Origin: Bdellovibrionota bacterium
GTDB taxonomy: Bacteria; Bdellovibrionota_C; UBA2361; JBIKWN01
DNA: 34,812 nt
Assembly: GCA_044356295.1 (NCBI GenBank)
Contig: JBIKWN010000022.1
Span: 1-34,812 of the forward strand
Direction: 5' to 3'
The notes under the pieces are model-generated. The model was not told the origin of the DNA. It was given only the letters and a program-made list of their open reading frames with translations, and ran no database searches. Made by a program: the position numbers and the translations under genes. Shown here piece after piece: positions 1-10,053 of this stretch; within the stretch, counting starts at the first letter, position 1, and each line of letters begins with the position of its first letter.

Positions 1-22
1 TGCGGTAACCAAGTATATTTCA

Positions 23-952
23 ATGCTTGAACGCCGAGGTGAAAAACATAATCCAGAACTATTTTCAAAGGTGCCTTACCACGGTAGAAGTGGACTTCTA
101 GATAAATTAATAATGGACGCTGAGCTACAAGGAGCAGATCTAGCCCGAGCGCTCGGAATTCCAACTCAGAGAAATCTTGCAGTAGCGGAGTTAAAACAGT
201 TACCGAATTCGGATGGAATTTTTACTTCGATTAACACCTTGCAACAACAAGGATTTATCGAGTCTGATTTGAACCCTGTGATCTTAGTACGTGCCATGCG
301 TTCAAATTTTAGAATTATAGATTTTGTTAATTTGTTTGATCGAAATGATGTTGAAGGTTTGAACTGGTTAATTGCTGAAACAAAAAAACTTCATTTAAAT
401 GATCTCGGCCCAAATCCTTCGAACCAAAAACTATTTACATTTTTAGTGAAACAATTAGCAGAAGGAGCACTCAAAATATGTTTTGCGGGGTTATCTATGA
501 ACGTATATTTTGCAGATGATTTTGCTAGAAATGTTACTGTTGCGGGTGAATTTATTGACCTAGATGATCTGCGCAAGACATCTGGTAATTATCCAAGCTC
601 AACGACTGAAAATTTCGGGAGGCACTTGAAAATGATCATGCAGATAAGTATATCGTTAGGTCACGCACTTTCTTCAGTATCGGACAGAACCATTTCAATG
701 AAACCAAGTACGATTTATTTTGTTGATCAATTAATAAGAAAGTTAAAAAGCGGGGATGCAAATCACCTCTATGAATCTCTATCTCAATCATGGAAAAATG
801 AATTGAGTATCAGCAGATTTAGATATGAAATATTAAGACAAGCAGTAAGTTATTTCTATGACTACAGCTTTCACGGAGAATTTAGAAAACAGTCTGAAAG
901 TACTTCTAGGGCTGTAAAACAATATTTAGCTAATAAGGGGTTAGAGAGGTAG
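23..952 (+). CDS. Hypothetical protein (at least 309 aa), possibly 5'-truncated by the window edge
   Basis: Long ORF; the frame is also open from base 2 to the ATG at 23; no family motif recognised. Confidence 0.65.
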   Translation: MLERRGEKHNPELFSKVPYHGRSGLLDKLIMDAELQGADLARALGIPTQRNLAVAELKQLPNSDGIFTSINTLQQQGFIESDLNPVILVRAMRSNFRIIDFVNLFDRNDVEGLNWLIAETKKLHLNDLGPNPSNQKLFTFLVKQLAEGALKICFAGLSMNVYFADDFARNVTVAGEFIDLDDLRKTSGNYPSSTTENFGRHLKMIMQISISLGHALSSVSDRTISMKPSTIYFVDQLIRKLKSGDANHLYESLSQSWKNELSISRFRYEILRQAVSYFYDYSFHGEFRKQSESTSRAVKQYLANKGLER

Positions 953-991
953 GGGACCTTCGAAACAAGTGAGCGCTCACCTTTATAATCT

Positions 992-1159
992 TTACTTATT
1001 CAGTTTTTCCCATTGTGTCCTGAGTTTTGGATTTTTCTTCCAAATCTCGATCATCAGTGCGCGGTGGCTCTCTAACCAATGAACTATCTCTTCAGCCGAA
1101 AGCTTTACTGGCTTACCCCAGTCCTTTGATTTTTTGGAGTTGTCGGATGTCGAACTCAT
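992..1159 (-). CDS. Small 55-aa protein overlapping the 3' end of the nucleotidyltransferase gene (putative partner/antitoxin-like)
   Basis: Manual translation: MSSTSDNSKKSKDWGKPVKLSAEEIVHWLESHRALMIEIWKKNPKLRTQWEKLNK*; ATG at 1159, TAA at 994-992; 47-bp overlap with the upstream gene; amphipathic helical pattern. Confidence 0.65.
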   Translation of the reverse strand: MSSTSDNSKKSKDWGKPVKLSAEEIVHWLESHRALMIEIWKKNPKLRTQWEKLNK

Positions 1160-1604
1160 CTTTTTCTCTGCCCGCCCGCTTTTTTAATGTAATGAGATCA
1201 TCGATTCCTAATATATGAATTGTACCGCCAAAAGCATCGACCTCAAAGCGATTATTCCATAATTGGTCAAAAGGGAGAGGCTCTTCCGTAAAAACATCAA
1301 TTATTTCAAATGGATTACTTGGCTGAACAAAGGTAAAAACCATCATTCCTTTCTCATCTATCCATTCTTTTCTTTTTATCGGGTCAGCAAAATCCTCGAC
1401 TCGGACTGGAACTCTCGGAACATAACCTAGGCTCTTCATTAAAAGAATAAAGTTCGAAATATTATCGGTCTGAAGGTGTAATATAAGGTCAAGGTCTACG
1501 GTAGCTCGCTGAACTTGGTGAAAATTAACAGCAAAACCGCCAGCTATCAGATATTTAATCTTGTAACTATGCAATCCTTCTATAATTTTTTGATATGTAT
1601 GCAT
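1113..1604 (-). CDS. Small Pol-beta-superfamily nucleotidyltransferase (DUF6036-like)
   Basis: YLIAGGFAV...RATVDLDL (GG + DxD), third acidic residue in IIDVF, C-terminal LITLKKRAGREKDEFDI. Confidence 0.85.
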   Translation of the reverse strand: MHTYQKIIEGLHSYKIKYLIAGGFAVNFHQVQRATVDLDLILHLQTDNISNFILLMKSLGYVPRVPVRVEDFADPIKRKEWIDEKGMMVFTFVQPSNPFEIIDVFTEEPLPFDQLWNNRFEVDAFGGTIHILGIDDLITLKKRAGREKDEFDIRQLQKIKGLG

Positions 1605-1774
1605 ATTTTCGCTAAAAAATAGTACCCCAATACAGAAAGGAAGAAAAATTAATACTAAACTCTAGAAAGCAAATAAAAATACAAAACTAGTTAGTTAAAA
1701 TCATTGAAAAACCCACGAAACTCAACAAAAATCAACGCAACCCCTCAATTTTTTACAATTTTTTTACCACTTCG

Positions 1775-1816
1775 TTGACTCACGCTCCCAGAAAATGCTA
1801 CTCTCCCGCGTCGCCA
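1775..1816 (+). promoter_or_regulatory. Sigma70-type promoter of the str operon with extended -10 and GC-rich discriminator
   Basis: TTGACT (1775-1780), 18 nt, TACTCT (1799-1804) preceded by TGn, followed by CCCGCGTCGCC as expected for a stringently controlled promoter. Confidence 0.65.
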
Positions 1817-2117
1817 TTAACTTGGTGACAATTCATTGGGGTAGGTTTAGGCGCCTTTTACTGAATAAAAAGTAAGAAATTATTTATTTAAACAGTAAGT
1901 TGATGGGAGTCGGTGTGATAGATCACTAGCACATCTTGATTCATCAAACGGGATTAGTATTAATGAAAATTAATATGAACGTTTAAGACTACGTCGAATT
2001 TAGTAAGTTTTTACAAACACTTAATAATAATTGCTCCATAAGCAGCGTTAGCGAGCTTGAGGTTTTTTCTTCAAGTTTACAGCTAACTACGCTTTTGGTT
2101 CAGATGTAACGATTGAT
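1811..2117 (+). promoter_or_regulatory. Long structured 5' leader of rpsL (candidate cis-regulatory RNA)
   Basis: Hairpins at 1811-1828, 1900-1947, 1958-1975 (TATTAAT-GAAA-ATTAATA) and 2044-2093 followed by TTT. Confidence 0.45.
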
Positions 2118-2489
2118 ATGCCAACGATTAACCAGCTAGTTCGTTCACAACGTCAAAAGCGAAAGTATCGCTCTAAGTCTCCAGCTTTAGTTGGATGCCC
2201 TCAAAAGAGAGGAGTATGTACTCGCGTTTATACACAAACACCTAAGAAACCAAACTCAGCTTTGAGAAAAGTTGCGCGTGTTCGTTTAACTACAGGAATG
2301 GAAGTTACAAGCTACATTCCAGGAGTTGGGCACAACCTTCAAGAGCACTCAGTAGTTTTGATTCGTGGTGGGCGAGTAAAAGATCTTCCAGGATGTCGTT
2401 ACCATATTGTTCGCGGAAAACTTGAAACACATGGTGTTGCAAACCGTAAACAGAGCCGTTCAAAGTACGGTGCAAAGCGTCCTAAGTAA
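2118..2489 (+). CDS. rpsL: 30S ribosomal protein S12
   Basis: [29 protein letters not shown]. Confidence 0.99.
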   Translation: MPTINQLVRSQRQKRKYRSKSPALVGCPQKRGVCTRVYTQTPKKPNSALRKVARVRLTTGMEVTSYIPGVGHNLQEHSVVLIRGGRVKDLPGCRYHIVRGKLETHGVANRKQSRSKYGAKRPK

Positions 2490-2516
2490 TTTAGATTTTC
2501 GATACAAGGGTTTTTC

Positions 2517-2987
2517 ATGACACGAAAAAAAAGAGATTTTTCAAGACCAGTTCTTCCGGATCCAAAGTTTGGTGATGTTGTAATCACAAAATGTCTTAAC
2601 ACTTTGATGAAGAGTGGTAAGAAGAGTGTTGTTGAAACACACCTCTATGATGCAATTGATACAATTGCAAAAAAATTAAATGGCGATCCAATTGAACTTT
2701 TCCATAAAGCGCTTAACAACATTAAGCCAATGGTTGAGGTTCGTGCACGAAGAGTTGGTGGTGCAAACTATCAAGTTCCTACTGAAGTTCGTGCAGAGCG
2801 TGGTCAAGCACTTGCGCTTCGTTGGTTAAAGACTGCAGCAAATGCAAGAAGCGAAAGAACTTTTGGTGAGCGTTTAGCTAATGAATTAATCGATGCGATT
2901 AACAATCGTGGTATTGCGATTAAGAAGCGTGAAGATACACACAGAATGGCGGAAGCGAATAAGGCTTTTGCACACTTTAAATGGTAA
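2517..2987 (+). CDS. rpsG: 30S ribosomal protein S7
   Basis: [29 protein letters not shown]; operon position. Confidence 0.99.
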   Translation: MTRKKRDFSRPVLPDPKFGDVVITKCLNTLMKSGKKSVVETHLYDAIDTIAKKLNGDPIELFHKALNNIKPMVEVRARRVGGANYQVPTEVRAERGQALALRWLKTAANARSERTFGERLANELIDAINNRGIAIKKREDTHRMAEANKAFAHFKW

Positions 2988-3035
2988 TCAGTAGCAAAAA
3001 TTAAAGATCTACAAATAGTAAAGTAGCAGAGAGAA

Positions 3036-5147
3036 ATGGCAAAGGAAGATTTAAATAAGGTTCGTAACATTGGAATTATGGCGCATATTGACGCCGGTAA
3101 AACCACGACTACTGAACGAATACTTTACTACACCGGTGTGAACTATAAGATCGGTGAAGTTCACGAAGGCGCTGCGACCATGGATTACATGGAACTCGAG
3201 CAAGAGCGTGGTATTACAATTACTTCTGCCGCAACTACTTGTAAATGGTCAGGTTCAAACGGAGACATTCCTGAGCACAAGATCAATATCATCGACACAC
3301 CAGGTCACGTTGACTTCACTATCGAAGTTGAAAGATCGCTTCGCGTACTTGACGGTGCAGTTGCAGTTTTCGACGGAGTGAGCGGAGTAGAGCCACAGTC
3401 TGAAACTGTATGGCGTCAAGCTTCTAAATTTAGAGTTCCACGTTTCTGCTTCATTAACAAAATGGACAGAATGGGCGCGGATTTCTGGAAGTGTGTAAAT
3501 TCAATCAAAGATAGACTTGGAGCACGTGGGGTTCCAATCCAACTTCCAATTGGTGCAGAGAGTGCATTCCTTGGTGTTATCGATCTCGTAATCATGAAGG
3601 GTTACTACTTCCTTGATGAAACAAAAGGTTCAAAATTTGAAACTCGTGATCTTGAAGGTGAGCTGTTAGAGCAAGCTAAGAAAGCACGCGATGAAATGAT
3701 CGAAGCATGTGCTGATGTTGATGAAAAGATCATGGAAAAATATCTCGGCGGAGAAGAAGTTACTCCTGAAGAGATTAAAGCTGCACTTCGTAAGGGAACT
3801 CTTTCAATGGAGTTTTTCCCAATTACGTGCGGTTCTGCATTCAAGAACAAAGGTGTTCAGCCACTTCTTGACTGTGTTATTGATTATCTTCCTTCACCAC
3901 TTGATGTTCCTCCAATAGAAGGAATAAAAGTTTCAGATAGAGATGTTCAAGATGCTCCTAAAATGGCACGTGCAACTGATCCAGATGCACCGTTTTCAGC
4001 ACTTGCATTCAAAATCATTTCAGATCCATATGTTGGAGTTTTAACATTCTTCCGAGTTTACTCTGGAACAATTACTCCAGGTTCAAGCATTTACAATGCA
4101 ACCCGTGAGAAGAAAGAAAGAATCGGTCGTATCGTTAAGATGCATGCTGATAAACGTGAAGAGGTTAAAGAGATCTCTGCAGGTGATATTGGTGCGTGTG
4201 TTGGTCTTAAAGAGACAATCACAGGGGATACTCTTTGTGATGAAGCACATCCAATTCTTCTTGAATCAATCTTTGCACCTGATCCAGTTATCAGTGTTGC
4301 AATTGAGCCAAAAACTAAAGCTGATGAAGAAAAAATGGGCTTAGCTCTTATGAAACTTGCGAAAGAAGATCCTTCGCTTAAAGTTTCATCAGATCAAGAA
4401 TCAGGTCAAACAATTATCGCTGGAATGGGTGAGCTTCACCTCGACATTATTAAACAACGTATGTTCCGTGAATTTAACGTTGATACAAATGTTGGTAAGC
4501 CACAAGTTGCATACCGTGAAACAGTTCTTGGTCAAGTTGAGCATGAAGTTAAATATGCAAAACAATCAGGTGGACGCGGTCAGTTCGGTCACGTTTTCTT
4601 GAAAGTTGGACCAAATGAAGTTGGAAAAGGTAACGAATTCCTTGATGAGATCAAGGGCGGTGTTATTCCAAAAGAATTTATCCCTGCAATTAGAAACGGT
4701 GTGCTTGAAGCATTAAATGGCGGAATACTTGCTGGATATCCAGTTATTGATACAAAAGTTACTCTTTTCTACGGATCATTCCATGAAGTGGATTCAAGTG
4801 AATTCGCATTCAAAATTGCTGGTTCTATGTGCGTTAAAGAAGGTGCACGTAAAGCTGGAATTCAGATCCTTGAGCCAATCATGGCTGTTGAAGTTGTTTG
4901 CCCAGACGATTTCATTTCAAATATCGTTGGTGATTTAAACCGACGTCGGGCACGAATCCTTGGTATGGAACCACGAGCTGGTGCACAAGCTGTTAAAGCT
5001 GAAGTGCCACTCGCGGAGATGTTTGGTTATTCAACGGATCTTCGTTCGAGCTCACAGGGCCGAGCGACGTTCACGATGGAGTATCATCACTACGCTCCGG
5101 TTCCAGCCCACGTTGCTGAAACCATTAAAGGGAAGCAGGCCGCGTAG
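3036..5147 (+). CDS. fusA: Elongation factor G
   Basis: [34 protein letters not shown]. Confidence 0.99.
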   Translation: MAKEDLNKVRNIGIMAHIDAGKTTTTERILYYTGVNYKIGEVHEGAATMDYMELEQERGITITSAATTCKWSGSNGDIPEHKINIIDTPGHVDFTIEVERSLRVLDGAVAVFDGVSGVEPQSETVWRQASKFRVPRFCFINKMDRMGADFWKCVNSIKDRLGARGVPIQLPIGAESAFLGVIDLVIMKGYYFLDETKGSKFETRDLEGELLEQAKKARDEMIEACADVDEKIMEKYLGGEEVTPEEIKAALRKGTLSMEFFPITCGSAFKNKGVQPLLDCVIDYLPSPLDVPPIEGIKVSDRDVQDAPKMARATDPDAPFSALAFKIISDPYVGVLTFFRVYSGTITPGSSIYNATREKKERIGRIVKMHADKREEVKEISAGDIGACVGLKETITGDTLCDEAHPILLESIFAPDPVISVAIEPKTKADEEKMGLALMKLAKEDPSLKVSSDQESGQTIIAGMGELHLDIIKQRMFREFNVDTNVGKPQVAYRETVLGQVEHEVKYAKQSGGRGQFGHVFLKVGPNEVGKGNEFLDEIKGGVIPKEFIPAIRNGVLEALNGGILAGYPVIDTKVTLFYGSFHEVDSSEFAFKIAGSMCVKEGARKAGIQILEPIMAVEVVCPDDFISNIVGDLNRRRARILGMEPRAGAQAVKAEVPLAEMFGYSTDLRSSSQGRATFTMEYHHYAPVPAHVAETIKGKQAA

Positions 5148-5197
5148 TCAGGAGTTGTGTTTTTAGTTTTTTAGTTAACTGTTAAAGGAAAGCAGAA

Positions 5198-6394
5198 ATG
5201 TCAAAAGAGAAATTTAACCGTTCAAAGCCTCACGTAAACGTGGGAACTATTGGACACGTTGACCATGGAAAAACCACCCTTACAGCGGCGTTGGTTAATA
5301 CCCAGGCGAAACTTGGTATGGCTCAAACAAAGAGTTATTCCGATATCGCTAAAGGTGGTAACGTAAGAGATGATTCTAAAACTGTAACGATTGCTTCAGC
5401 TCACGTTGAGTATGAAACTGCAAATCGTCACTACGCACACGTAGACTGTCCAGGTCACGCCGATTACGTTAAGAACATGATTACTGGTGCTGCACAGATG
5501 GACGGAGCAATTCTTGTTGTATCTGCTGCTGATGGACCAATGCCACAAACTCGTGAGCACATCCTTCTTGCACGTCAGGTTGGAGTTCCAAAGATTGTTG
5601 TATTCTTAAACAAAGTTGACATCGTTGATGACTCTGAGCTTCTTGATCTTGTTGAAATGGAAGTTCGTGATCTTCTCAACCATTACGGATTCCCTGGTGA
5701 TGATACACCAATCATCCGTGGTTCAGCTCTTAAAGCATTGAACGGTGAAGATAATGACCTAGGAATGGGTTCAATACAGAAGCTTCTTGCAACTGTTGAT
5801 GAATATGTTCCAGTTCCAATGCGTGATGTTGATAAAGATTTCTTAATGCCAGTTGAGGATGTATTCTCAATCGCAGGAAGAGGAACTGTTGCAACAGGAC
5901 GTATCGAAAGAGGTATCGTTAAAGTTGGTGAAGAGATCGAAATCGTAGGACTTAAAGACACTGTTAAAACAACTGTTACTGGTGTTGAAATGTTCCGTAA
6001 ACTTCTTGATGAAGGTCAAGCAGGTGATAACGTTGGATGTCTTCTTCGTGGTCTTAAGAGAGAAGATATTGAGCGTGGTCAAGTTCTTGCAAAACCAGGT
6101 TCAATCAAACCACACAAAAAATTTAAAGCTGAAGCGTACATCCTTAAGAAAGATGAGGGTGGACGTCATAAGCCTTTCTTCACTGGTTACCGTCCGCAGT
6201 TCTATTTCAGAACTACAGATGTAACTGGAAATATCAAACTTCCTGACGGAGTTGAGATGGCAATGCCTGGTGATAACATCACTATCGAAGTTGAGTTGGT
6301 AAACCCAATCGCAACTGAGAAGCAAAGCCGATTCGCAATTCGTGAAGGTGGTAAAACTGTTGGTTCCGGTGTTGTTACCGAAATCATTGAGTAA
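5198..6394 (+). CDS. tuf: Elongation factor Tu (non-canonical switch I)
   Basis: [51 protein letters not shown]. Confidence 0.99.
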   Translation: MSKEKFNRSKPHVNVGTIGHVDHGKTTLTAALVNTQAKLGMAQTKSYSDIAKGGNVRDDSKTVTIASAHVEYETANRHYAHVDCPGHADYVKNMITGAAQMDGAILVVSAADGPMPQTREHILLARQVGVPKIVVFLNKVDIVDDSELLDLVEMEVRDLLNHYGFPGDDTPIIRGSALKALNGEDNDLGMGSIQKLLATVDEYVPVPMRDVDKDFLMPVEDVFSIAGRGTVATGRIERGIVKVGEEIEIVGLKDTVKTTVTGVEMFRKLLDEGQAGDNVGCLLRGLKREDIERGQVLAKPGSIKPHKKFKAEAYILKKDEGGRHKPFFTGYRPQFYFRTTDVTGNIKLPDGVEMAMPGDNITIEVELVNPIATEKQSRFAIREGGKTVGSGVVTEIIE

Positions 6395-6433
6395 TCCAAT
6401 TAAATTATCGAGTGATAAAGTAAGGAACTGTTC

Positions 6434-6751
6434 ATGTTAGGTGGAAACCAAAAAATCAGAGTTAGGCTTCGTGGATACGACCACAACCTTGTTGACGTTG
6501 CAGTTGATGAGATTGTTAAAACTGTTCGCCGTACTGGTGGACGTGTTGCTGGTCCGATCCCGCTTCCTACTAGGATTGAACGTTTTACGGTTAACCGTGC
6601 AACGTTTATCGACAAGAAATCGCGTGAACAGTTCGAAATTCGTACGCATAATCGTCTCTTGGATATCCTTGAGCCGACTCAGCAAACGATTGACGAACTC
6701 GGAAAATTGGAACTCGCAACCGGGATTGATGTAGAGATCAAGTTACACTGA
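6434..6751 (+). CDS. rpsJ: 30S ribosomal protein S10
   Basis: [25 protein letters not shown]. Confidence 0.99.
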   Translation: MLGGNQKIRVRLRGYDHNLVDVAVDEIVKTVRRTGGRVAGPIPLPTRIERFTVNRATFIDKKSREQFEIRTHNRLLDILEPTQQTIDELGKLELATGIDVEIKLH

Positions 6752-6820
6752 TCTTATACAGATCCTTTGTTTTTTAACCTTATGTAGAGGTAACTCCGAA
6801 AGGGGTGGGAGCTTTTAGGC

Positions 6821-7510
6821 ATGACGACACAAACATTATATCCCGAAGGACTCTTAGGGAAAAAATTAGGAATGACACAAGTGTTCACATCGGATGGACA
6901 GTGTGTCCCTGTGACCGCTATTCAAGTTGGTCCTTGTTACATTCTTGATGTGAAAACACCATCACGTGATGGTTACTCAGCTGTTCAACTTGGCTTTGAG
7001 CCAAAAAAGATTCAGCGCGTAACTAAGCCACTTATGGGTCACCAAGCAAAAGCTGGTAAGGGTGCTTTCTATCACATCAAAGAAGTACGATGTGACGCAG
7101 ATACTCTTGGTTGGACAAATCTTGGACAAGAACTCAAAGTACAAGACGTGTTTGAAGAAGGTGCAATGGTTGATGTATCAGGTGTCACCATTGGTAAAGG
7201 ATTCCAAGGGGTTTTCAGAAGATTTAACAATGCAGGGGGTCAACCTGCTACCCGTGGTACGCACGAATATAAACGTCACTTAGGTTCTATTGGTAACAGA
7301 AAGTTCCCAGGCCGTGTTTTCAAAAATAAGAAAATGCCAGGTCGAATGGGTAACGCAAATGTAACTATGCAGAACTTGAAAGTCGTTGGTGTAAATGCAG
7401 ATGAGGGAATTCTTCTAGTACAAGGTGGAATCCCAGGTAATCGTGGTGGTCTGGTTGTGATTCGTAAGGCTATGAAGTCTTTTGGATCTTCTAAAAAGAA
7501 AGCTGCGTAA
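6821..7510 (+). CDS. rplC: 50S ribosomal protein L3
   Basis: GKKLGMTQVF, DGYSAVQLG, GKGFQG, KKMPGRMG. Confidence 0.99.
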   Translation: MTTQTLYPEGLLGKKLGMTQVFTSDGQCVPVTAIQVGPCYILDVKTPSRDGYSAVQLGFEPKKIQRVTKPLMGHQAKAGKGAFYHIKEVRCDADTLGWTNLGQELKVQDVFEEGAMVDVSGVTIGKGFQGVFRRFNNAGGQPATRGTHEYKRHLGSIGNRKFPGRVFKNKKMPGRMGNANVTMQNLKVVGVNADEGILLVQGGIPGNRGGLVVIRKAMKSFGSSKKKAA

Positions 7511-7541
7511 CCTTGAAGAGTATAGATAAGGGAAGAATGCC

Positions 7542-8174
7542 GTGAGTTTGAATTATAAAGTATTAAATCTAGAAGGGACTGAAGTTGGTTCAGTAACTCT
7601 TGATCCTTCAGTTTTTGCTGGGGCGATTAATGAGTCACTTGTTCACCAAGTTGTCACTTGGCAGCGTAATCGTACTCGTCAAGGTACGCATTCAACGTTG
7701 AACCGTTCAAAGATTCAAGCAACAAATAAAAAACCATACAAACAAAAGGGAACTGGACGCGCACGACGTGGTTCTGATGTTTCTCCTTTGTTAGTTGGTG
7801 GTGCTGTAATTTTTGGACCTCAACCAAAAAGTTACGAAACTCGACTCAACAAAAAAATGAAAAAAAGTGCTCTTGTTTCTGCTCTTACAGCAAAAGCAAC
7901 AAAAGCTACTTTAATCGTTGTTGATTCACTTTCAGTTGATGGAAAAACAAAAACATTTGTGAAAGCTCTTTCTAAACTTGGAGTTGAGAAAGGTGGAGCT
8001 CTTGTAGTTTGCGGAACACGAGATGAAAACCTCGAGCGTTCAACTAAAAATATTCAAAAAGTTGTAAACCTTGCTGCAGAAGGGGTGAATGTGTACGACC
8101 TTGTTAAACACAAATACCTAATCTGTTCTAAAGCTGGTGTTGAAGCTATTACAAAAAGAGTGAAGGGAGCATAA
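7542..8174 (+). CDS. rplD: 50S ribosomal protein L4
   Basis: RQGTHST, KPYKQKGTGRARRGS, GGAVIFGPQP; GTG start. Confidence 0.98.
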   Translation: MSLNYKVLNLEGTEVGSVTLDPSVFAGAINESLVHQVVTWQRNRTRQGTHSTLNRSKIQATNKKPYKQKGTGRARRGSDVSPLLVGGAVIFGPQPKSYETRLNKKMKKSALVSALTAKATKATLIVVDSLSVDGKTKTFVKALSKLGVEKGGALVVCGTRDENLERSTKNIQKVVNLAAEGVNVYDLVKHKYLICSKAGVEAITKRVKGA

Positions 8175-8181
8175 GCAGAAC

Positions 8182-8505
8182 ATGGCAAAAAAAGTTCCAC
8201 AAAAATTAAAAGCAACAGCAAAAGATTATTCAATAATCTTGGCACCTGTTGTTACCGAAAAAACTGCTCTTCACGGAAATGGTGGTAACACCGTGTCCTT
8301 TAGAGTTGCAAAAAAAGCTACTAAAGATGAAATCAAACTTGCCGTTGAAAGAATTTTTGGCAAGGAAGTAGCAACTGTTCGGACAGCAAACTATCTTGGG
8401 AAACCAAAGCGAAGAACAAAGGCAATGGGTATGACATCGAGCTATAAAAAAGCAACGATCACACTCAAAGCTGGTCAAACAATTGAGGTAGTTCAATCTG
8501 CGTAA
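8182..8505 (+). CDS. rplW: 50S ribosomal protein L23
   Basis: PVVTEK, ATKDEIKLAVERIF, YKKATITL. Confidence 0.98.
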   Translation: MAKKVPQKLKATAKDYSIILAPVVTEKTALHGNGGNTVSFRVAKKATKDEIKLAVERIFGKEVATVRTANYLGKPKRRTKAMGMTSSYKKATITLKAGQTIEVVQSA

Positions 8506-8524
8506 GCATTTTTAAAGGTACGTT

Positions 8525-9349
8525 ATGGGCTTAAAAAGTTTTAATCCACTTACACCATCGAGACGTTATTTAACGGTTTCAGATTTTGCTGAAATCACTA
8601 CTGATCGTCCTCAGAAATCATTACTTGCAAAAGCAAGTAGGACTGGTGGTCGTAACAGTTATGGTCGTCAGACAAACATTAATACTGGTGGAGGTCATAA
8701 AAGACGTTACCGTATTATAGATTTCAAACGTGTTAAGAGAGAGATCCCTGGCAAAGTTTCAACCATCGAATACGATCCGTTCAGAACTGCACGTATTGCA
8801 TTGATCACATACGCTGATGGAGATAAGAAATATATTCTTGCTCCAAACGGTCTTGTTGTTGGTCAACAAATCCTTGCAAGTGAAAAAGCTGAGATCAAAG
8901 TTGGTAATGCGCTTCCTCTGAAAGCTATTCCAACAGGTGAAAGCGTTCATAATGTTGAACTTCAAGTAGGACGTGGCGGACAAATAGTTCGTTCTGCAGG
9001 CACTGCTGCACAGCTTGTTGCTAAAGAAGGACGTTATGTAACTTTGAAGTTGCCTTCAGGTGAAATGAGAAAAATCTTGGCTGAGTGTTATGCAACGATT
9101 GGAACGGTTTCAAACCCTGACCATTCAAATATGACTCTTGGTAAAGCAGGTCGTGCAAGATGGCTTGGTATTAGACCTCATAACAGAGGTGTTACTAAGA
9201 ACCCAGTCGATCACCCAATGGGTGGTGGAGAAGGGCGCTCATCTGGTGGACGTCATCCTTGTTCTCCTACTGGAGTACTTGCGAAAGGTCTTAAAACTAG
9301 AAGCAACAAGAGAACAAATAAATTTATCGTTAGAGATAGAAGGAAATAG
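8525..9349 (+). CDS. rplB: 50S ribosomal protein L2
   Basis: [40 protein letters not shown]. Confidence 0.99.
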   Translation: MGLKSFNPLTPSRRYLTVSDFAEITTDRPQKSLLAKASRTGGRNSYGRQTNINTGGGHKRRYRIIDFKRVKREIPGKVSTIEYDPFRTARIALITYADGDKKYILAPNGLVVGQQILASEKAEIKVGNALPLKAIPTGESVHNVELQVGRGGQIVRSAGTAAQLVAKEGRYVTLKLPSGEMRKILAECYATIGTVSNPDHSNMTLGKAGRARWLGIRPHNRGVTKNPVDHPMGGGEGRSSGGRHPCSPTGVLAKGLKTRSNKRTNKFIVRDRRK

Positions 9350-9358
9350 GTTTAGATC

Positions 9359-9634
9359 ATGGCTCGTTCAGTTAAAAAAGGCCCTTTTATTGATAAGCAC
9401 CTCATTAAGTGGGTGGAGCGTTCAAAATCGGGTAAACACAAAGGTGTTATTAAAACTTGGTCACGCCGTTCGACCATTACTCCTGAGATGATCGGGATAA
9501 CCTTTGCAGTACATAACGGTAAAAAATTTAATGCAGTGTTTGTTACAGAGAATATGGTTGGACACAAGCTTGGAGAGTTCTCTCTGAGCCGTACGTATCA
9601 TGGCCATACATCAAAGGATAAAAACGCTAAATAA
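9359..9634 (+). CDS. rpsS: 30S ribosomal protein S19
   Basis: [24 protein letters not shown]. Confidence 0.99.
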   Translation: MARSVKKGPFIDKHLIKWVERSKSGKHKGVIKTWSRRSTITPEMIGITFAVHNGKKFNAVFVTENMVGHKLGEFSLSRTYHGHTSKDKNAK

Positions 9635-9657
9635 GCGGTGACTACGAGGAAGAAGCT

Positions 9658-10050
9658 ATGAACGCTAAAAAAACGTTAAAAGAAAAAGCTAGATTAAAAG
9701 AAGAAACAGCAGCACCAGTTGTTGCAACTGCTTCTCTTAATGGTGTCAGAATCTCTGCACAAAAAGCTCGACTTGTTGTAAATCTTATCCGCGGAAAAGG
9801 GGTTGAGGATGCATTAACTGCTCTTCGTTTCCTTCCTAAGAAAGGTGCAAGACTTACAGAGAAACTTATTATTTCAGCAATGAATAATGCACGTGAACAG
9901 AAAGGTTCAAACGTTGATAAGTTATTCATCGTCAGAGCGTTTGTTAACGAAGGAGCTACGTTAAAGCGTATGATCCCTCGTGCACAAGGAAGAGGTACAC
10001 AAATCTTGAAGCGCTCAAGTCACATTACAGTTCATTTAGGAGAGAGATAA
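9658..10050 (+). CDS. rplV: 50S ribosomal protein L22 (N-terminal extension)
   Basis: RISAQKARLVVNLIRG, PRAQGR, KRSSHIT. Confidence 0.98.
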   Translation: MNAKKTLKEKARLKEETAAPVVATASLNGVRISAQKARLVVNLIRGKGVEDALTALRFLPKKGARLTEKLIISAMNNAREQKGSNVDKLFIVRAFVNEGATLKRMIPRAQGRGTQILKRSSHITVHLGER

Positions 10051-10053
10051 AAA

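Noticed and set aside
969..980. GTGAGCGCTCAC, identical to the core of the symmetric lac operator
   Set aside because: Lacks the AATT flanks and lies between convergent 3' ends, not at a promoter; most likely a chance palindrome
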